The notes under the pieces: generated by a model
The model's input: only the letters and a program-made list of their open reading frames with translations
Told to the model about the DNA's origin: nothing
Database searches by the model: none
In this document: piece by piece, positions 60,226 through 64,000 of the stretch
How positions within the stretch are numbered: the first letter of the stretch is position 1
Layout of the letters: each line of letters begins with the position of its first letter
Assembly: GCA_030917815.1 (NCBI GenBank)
Contig: JAUPTZ010000010.1
Coordinates: 11,944 to 75,943 of the forward strand
From: Candidatus Babelota bacterium
GTDB taxonomy: Bacteria > Babelota > Babeliae > Babelales > JAUPTZ01
Length of the DNA: 64,000 nucleotides
Direction: 5' to 3'
Made by a program: the position numbers and the translations under genes

Positions 60226-63200
60226 TTATTTTATCGGCTCTTCATCAGAAGTTTCATACAACTCAGGAACATCAACGCTGTGGATTTTATCCACAACCGA
60301 CATCACAATATTGTTTGCATACGGCCCATCGATGTTTTGATCGGTAGTAAAATCAATACCATAATCTTGGATGGAACCGTTAGCTAAAAAATAAACCTGA
60401 TCTTCTGGCGCAATAATAGTCCCGGTCGCGGCTAGCAATCGAGCTTTGAGCCGACCCACAACCGTATCTATGAACAAATCGGTAGTGCTGGTAACTGATA
60501 ACGTACCACCACAATTTACATAGACAACACCATCAACATCCATGCCTGGAATTGGACGCTCTGGCGGCAGTGCATCAATACTATCACCGGCCCCTATACA
60601 AAATGGACCACCGTTAAAAAGTAACGCTCCACCACCGGTTTCGTACGGGCTAAAGCGAAACATTTTACTATTTGCCGGATCAACATCCTGCAGTTGCTTC
60701 AGTACCACATCATCCATCATCGCCGGCAAATAGCCACTATCACCCTCAAGCGTTGGCCATCCCAAATGAATCTGAGAACCGTTCGCCAGATAGAGTGAAT
60801 GAAGTGCCCGATCAGCACTCGTCACCGTTCGCTCTCTATCAGAATCTATATAAAGGCGAATTGTTGTTGGACTATCAGGAGGAATATTACTTGCAACCAA
60901 AGCAGATGTTGGTGCAGCACGATATACATCAAGAAAAGCCGAACTATACAATAAATTCGTCGTCACTTGATCAGACGCAACGTTAGCTTGGCTCCCTAAT
61001 TGAATTACGCGACCATAGCCATTTTTATCATACTCACGCCCACGGTTATAACAGATAATATGTGAAATATTATTAGCAAGACTGAGTGAACTGCTTGAAC
61101 CAATATCATACTCTTGCACCGTTATCGCCGCACCGGTTACCACCAATGACTCGTGGCAATCAAGCACGGTGTTGTACAGCTTCAAGAGCGGTGGATATAA
61201 ATCATTTTGCAAACTTGCAAGCTCACCACCGACAACATGAGGCAATGCCTCGGTAAATGGACGTGGTAAAACCTCGGGCGCATTAAGCTTACGGGTTACA
61301 TCGGCATGAATCCAATTAACCGAATCGAATATTAAATCTGCATTCAAGAAAATAGTGGATTTATCGTACACCGAATAATATTTTGCAGAATAAAGAATCG
61401 GAGATGAAGTATCAGGAATAGCTGCTGTTGTAGGAAGCGGTCGCACAACCGTTGTATCATCGGAACTATCACCAGAAGTACCATCAACCGTAACCGCCTG
61501 CGCAAGATTAATAGAGGTGAGGCTGTCAAACGAAAACGACGTTCCACTTATCGGCAAATAAACAGTCTGGGGCTGGCCACCAGCATTAGTAAGCCATGAT
61601 TGCCACGCTGCCCATTGCTCAAAATTCGTGTACCCAACCTCTCTGCCGGTATGATCAATTTCAATCGAGGGAACAGAGAAAAATCCTGCGGCCACTTCCC
61701 CGCGAACTCCTGATTGCGAGACAATAGACAAAGGGCCTTCTACATCAAGCGCATGCACTCCATCAAGCTCAGTTGTTTGCATCACCGGTTGGTTGTAGAC
61801 ATCGGTGATCGCAACAAAATTTCCATCATAAAGACCAATTCCTAACGTTACCGTAAGGGCCTGAGTATCGCTGCCGGAACCGACCGTATCCAAATAATAA
61901 AATTCTTTGGTATAAGGCTGCAAGAAGAGATTTTTAACGTATGCACCTGAATCATTCGGTGCTGCCGCGCGCACAAAAAAACCGGCATCGCCCTGAAGTA
62001 TTACCGTGGCTCGCGCTCCTCCTGCATATAAGATGTCACTAATAGGTGAACCCCATTGATCGAGTTGATGAGAAGAACGACGTGGAAAGGTTGGCAATGT
62101 GCTGGTATAAAAAGCGGCCGGATTATGTTTTTTTACCAAATCAGGCGTATATATAGAAAGATCGGCATGGGCCGATGAAATCTCTCTATTAAAGTTATTT
62201 GCTATGTAATCAATAAACGTATGTGGCTGCACTTCAATTTGACCATTCACTCCTAAATTAAACCCAGGCTCATAATCATTAAATATTGCCCACGCAGAAT
62301 CATCGATACGGGCCGCATTCTCATAGTTGTTAGTAAAATGAGGAATAGAGTTGTTGTGATTAATAATTACCAATCCACGTCGATCACTAATCGGACGAGT
62401 AAGCCAATTTGCTGGCGCATCAAAGAGATCTCCATCGGACGCTACAACGCGCTCATAGTAAGAAACTTCATCGGTCACCCGAAAAAGTGCGGCCACCCCA
62501 GCACGCTGATTAAACCAAACATTGTTACGAAAGTCGGCATTCAAAATAATGGCCTGCTTTCGGCTAGAACTCGGAACGCGTGGCTCTAGCAATGCACCAT
62601 AAATATTAAATCCTGCATCGGTAAAATCATTTCCTGCCGGATCTTGTCCCGCACATAGTTGCAAAATCATGCGACCGGTGCCGGCACTGGAAGGATCAAA
62701 CGATACCGAGCCATAGCCGGGCTGAAATAACACTTCCGATAAACTCTCATGCCCATCGGCAATTACGGCATCATTCCATGTTTCTGAAATGCCCAAGTAA
62801 TTATCTGAAACAAACACAAATGAAGACAACTGTCCCCAGGTAATCCACGTGTCTAGACTTAAGTCGGCATTCACTTCATTAACACCGTAGCTCCACTTGT
62901 CAAAACAAAGTTGTTGCCGTGGCGCCACAATGGTATCACCATATCCATCAACCACATCGATTGGCCCAGAACCGCTACCATACGCATCAATGTACCCTTG
63001 TTCCATGTACACACGAACATGAACGCCGGCCGTGCTGAGCGGTGAATCGGCAGGCACCGAGTCGAACGCAGTATGACCAGGATTTGGTGGCCCAAAGCGA
63101 AGCCTTGCACCAGATGGAAAAAGAAACACTGTGCTTCCACGCCCACGAAATGTAATATAAAGTGGTATTGGCGCACCAACCGAGTGAGTATCTGAAGGAT

Positions 63201-63771
63201 TATAGCCACCTAATGCATCAACACTTTGAAATTCAAGATCGGCATACATATTCACTAGAATAGTTTTACCTTCTGCTGGGTTAAAAATAAGTTGTGAATA
63301 CCCATCAACCGTTGTTGCGCCGTCGGTATAGGAAGACACAACGACTGGACTCACCGAGTCAAGAACAAGAGACCCGCCTGAACCTGAATTAGTAGCACCA
63401 ATGTTGATGGTGAAGATTTCAGGCGCTATCTGCGGCATGCCACTATCATCAAGTGTTGGTGCCGATCCAGTAAACCGAATTTCGACATCCCCTTTAATAG
63501 AAACCGATTTTACAATGTTAAGCGTATCACCGGCATGCGGCTTAAAAATACCGTATTGAGTCACCGTTGAAGTGTCAGGCAAGGTAAACGTATCGGCAGT
63601 CGAGAGAAAAACCGCATTGTTATCAGCAATAAGATTGCCGGATGAATGCCCGTTCCACGCACCACTCGTCAACCCCCATGTATACGAAGTTCCGTTAATA
63701 GCCGATGTACAACCAATCAGAAAAATTAGAAGAAAATACGCTTGACGTTTGATAATCATTGCCACGCTCAC
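60226..63771 (-). CDS. Large exported beta-rich protein (modules A+B)
   Basis: Signal peptide (start may be ATG 63759); PLYITFRGRGSTVFLFPSG, GYGSVSFD, RRGLVIINHNN, PSIEIDHTGRE, CHESLV, GRVIQLGS, IHLGWP. Confidence 0.88.
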   Translation of the reverse strand: MSVAMIIKRQAYFLLIFLIGCTSAINGTSYTWGLTSGAWNGHSSGNLIADNNAVFLSTADTFTLPDTSTVTQYGIFKPHAGDTLNIVKSVSIKGDVEIRFTGSAPTLDDSGMPQIAPEIFTINIGATNSGSGGSLVLDSVSPVVVSSYTDGATTVDGYSQLIFNPAEGKTILVNMYADLEFQSVDALGGYNPSDTHSVGAPIPLYITFRGRGSTVFLFPSGARLRFGPPNPGHTAFDSVPADSPLSTAGVHVRVYMEQGYIDAYGSGSGPIDVVDGYGDTIVAPRQQLCFDKWSYGVNEVNADLSLDTWITWGQLSSFVFVSDNYLGISETWNDAVIADGHESLSEVLFQPGYGSVSFDPSSAGTGRMILQLCAGQDPAGNDFTDAGFNIYGALLEPRVPSSSRKQAIILNADFRNNVWFNQRAGVAALFRVTDEVSYYERVVASDGDLFDAPANWLTRPISDRRGLVIINHNNSIPHFTNNYENAARIDDSAWAIFNDYEPGFNLGVNGQIEVQPHTFIDYIANNFNREISSAHADLSIYTPDLVKKHNPAAFYTSTLPTFPRRSSHQLDQWGSPISDILYAGGARATVILQGDAGFFVRAAAPNDSGAYVKNLFLQPYTKEFYYLDTVGSGSDTQALTVTLGIGLYDGNFVAITDVYNQPVMQTTELDGVHALDVEGPLSIVSQSGVRGEVAAGFFSVPSIEIDHTGREVGYTNFEQWAAWQSWLTNAGGQPQTVYLPISGTSFSFDSLTSINLAQAVTVDGTSGDSSDDTTVVRPLPTTAAIPDTSSPILYSAKYYSVYDKSTIFLNADLIFDSVNWIHADVTRKLNAPEVLPRPFTEALPHVVGGELASLQNDLYPPLLKLYNTVLDCHESLVVTGAAITVQEYDIGSSSSLSLANNISHIICYNRGREYDKNGYGRVIQLGSQANVASDQVTTNLLYSSAFLDVYRAAPTSALVASNIPPDSPTTIRLYIDSDRERTVTSADRALHSLYLANGSQIHLGWPTLEGDSGYLPAMMDDVVLKQLQDVDPANSKMFRFSPYETGGGALLFNGGPFCIGAGDSIDALPPERPIPGMDVDGVVYVNCGGTLSVTSTTDLFIDTVVGRLKARLLAATGTIIAPEDQVYFLANGSIQDYGIDFTTDQNIDGPYANNIVMSVVDKIHSVDVPELYETSDEEPIK

Positions 63772-63859
63772 TCCGGTAAGAATTTTTACACCGGAGTGTG
63801 AACAACAATTGTGATCTGAAGCAATAATCGAGAGAAATTAGTGTACGTACCAACTAACG

Positions 63860-64000
63860 CTAAATCCCCAGATTATCAAACGGCTCTTCTCCTTCTTTAC
63901 AATCCCACCAGTAGCTAAAAACCGTATCAGACTCGCTTGACACCGTTGAGTTATCGTCAGGAATAAATTCCTCATCTGAAATCTGGGTATCGGCTGTTGA
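63860..64000 (-). CDS. 3' end of a probable gene entering from beyond the window (acidic C-terminus)
   Basis: Open minus-strand frame STADTQISDEEFIPDDNSTVSSESDTVFSYWWDCKEGEEPFDNLGI ending in TAG at 63862-63860; only 46 codons visible. Confidence 0.45.
   Translation of the reverse strand, partial: STADTQISDEEFIPDDNSTVSSESDTVFSYWWDCKEGEEPFDNLGI

Noticed and set aside
153-63209. Numerous 60-180 aa ORFs antisense to or nested in long genes
   Set aside because: Shadow frames of well-supported CDSs with no motifs of their own.
38587-63771. Alternative genetic code (TGA=Trp) explaining Trp richness
   Set aside because: The Trp residues appear in uninterrupted standard-code ORFs, and TGA at 57477 behaves as a stop at a gene junction.

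Overview
Bacterial chromosomal window, standard code 11. No rRNA, tRNA, CRISPR array, integrase or transposase is recognisable. The gene content suggests a reduced, diderm, host-associated lineage; Ca. Dependentiae/Babelota is my inference, not proven. The left ~31 kb mixes housekeeping genes (rpsA, ndk, nusB, efp, glyA, two SurA/PrsA-type foldases, APC permease, acyl-CoA synthetase, ferredoxin) with many orphan signal-peptide proteins. It also carries a Lon-like protease with two complete AAA+ modules and a self-contained Fic cassette inserted at the glyA 3' end with a 52-bp duplication. The right ~32 kb is a co-oriented minus-strand cluster of four large exported paralogues (1181, 886, 6297, 1722 aa) followed by a probable outer-membrane beta-barrel. 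The paralogues share a conserved two-part module (A+B). It is intact in the 1181 and 1722 aa proteins but split between the 886 aa protein (ends at the end of A) and the 6297 aa protein (own signal peptide, ~5,900 aa of Trp-rich repeats, then B). This cluster is the best candidate for an undescribed surface/secretion system.
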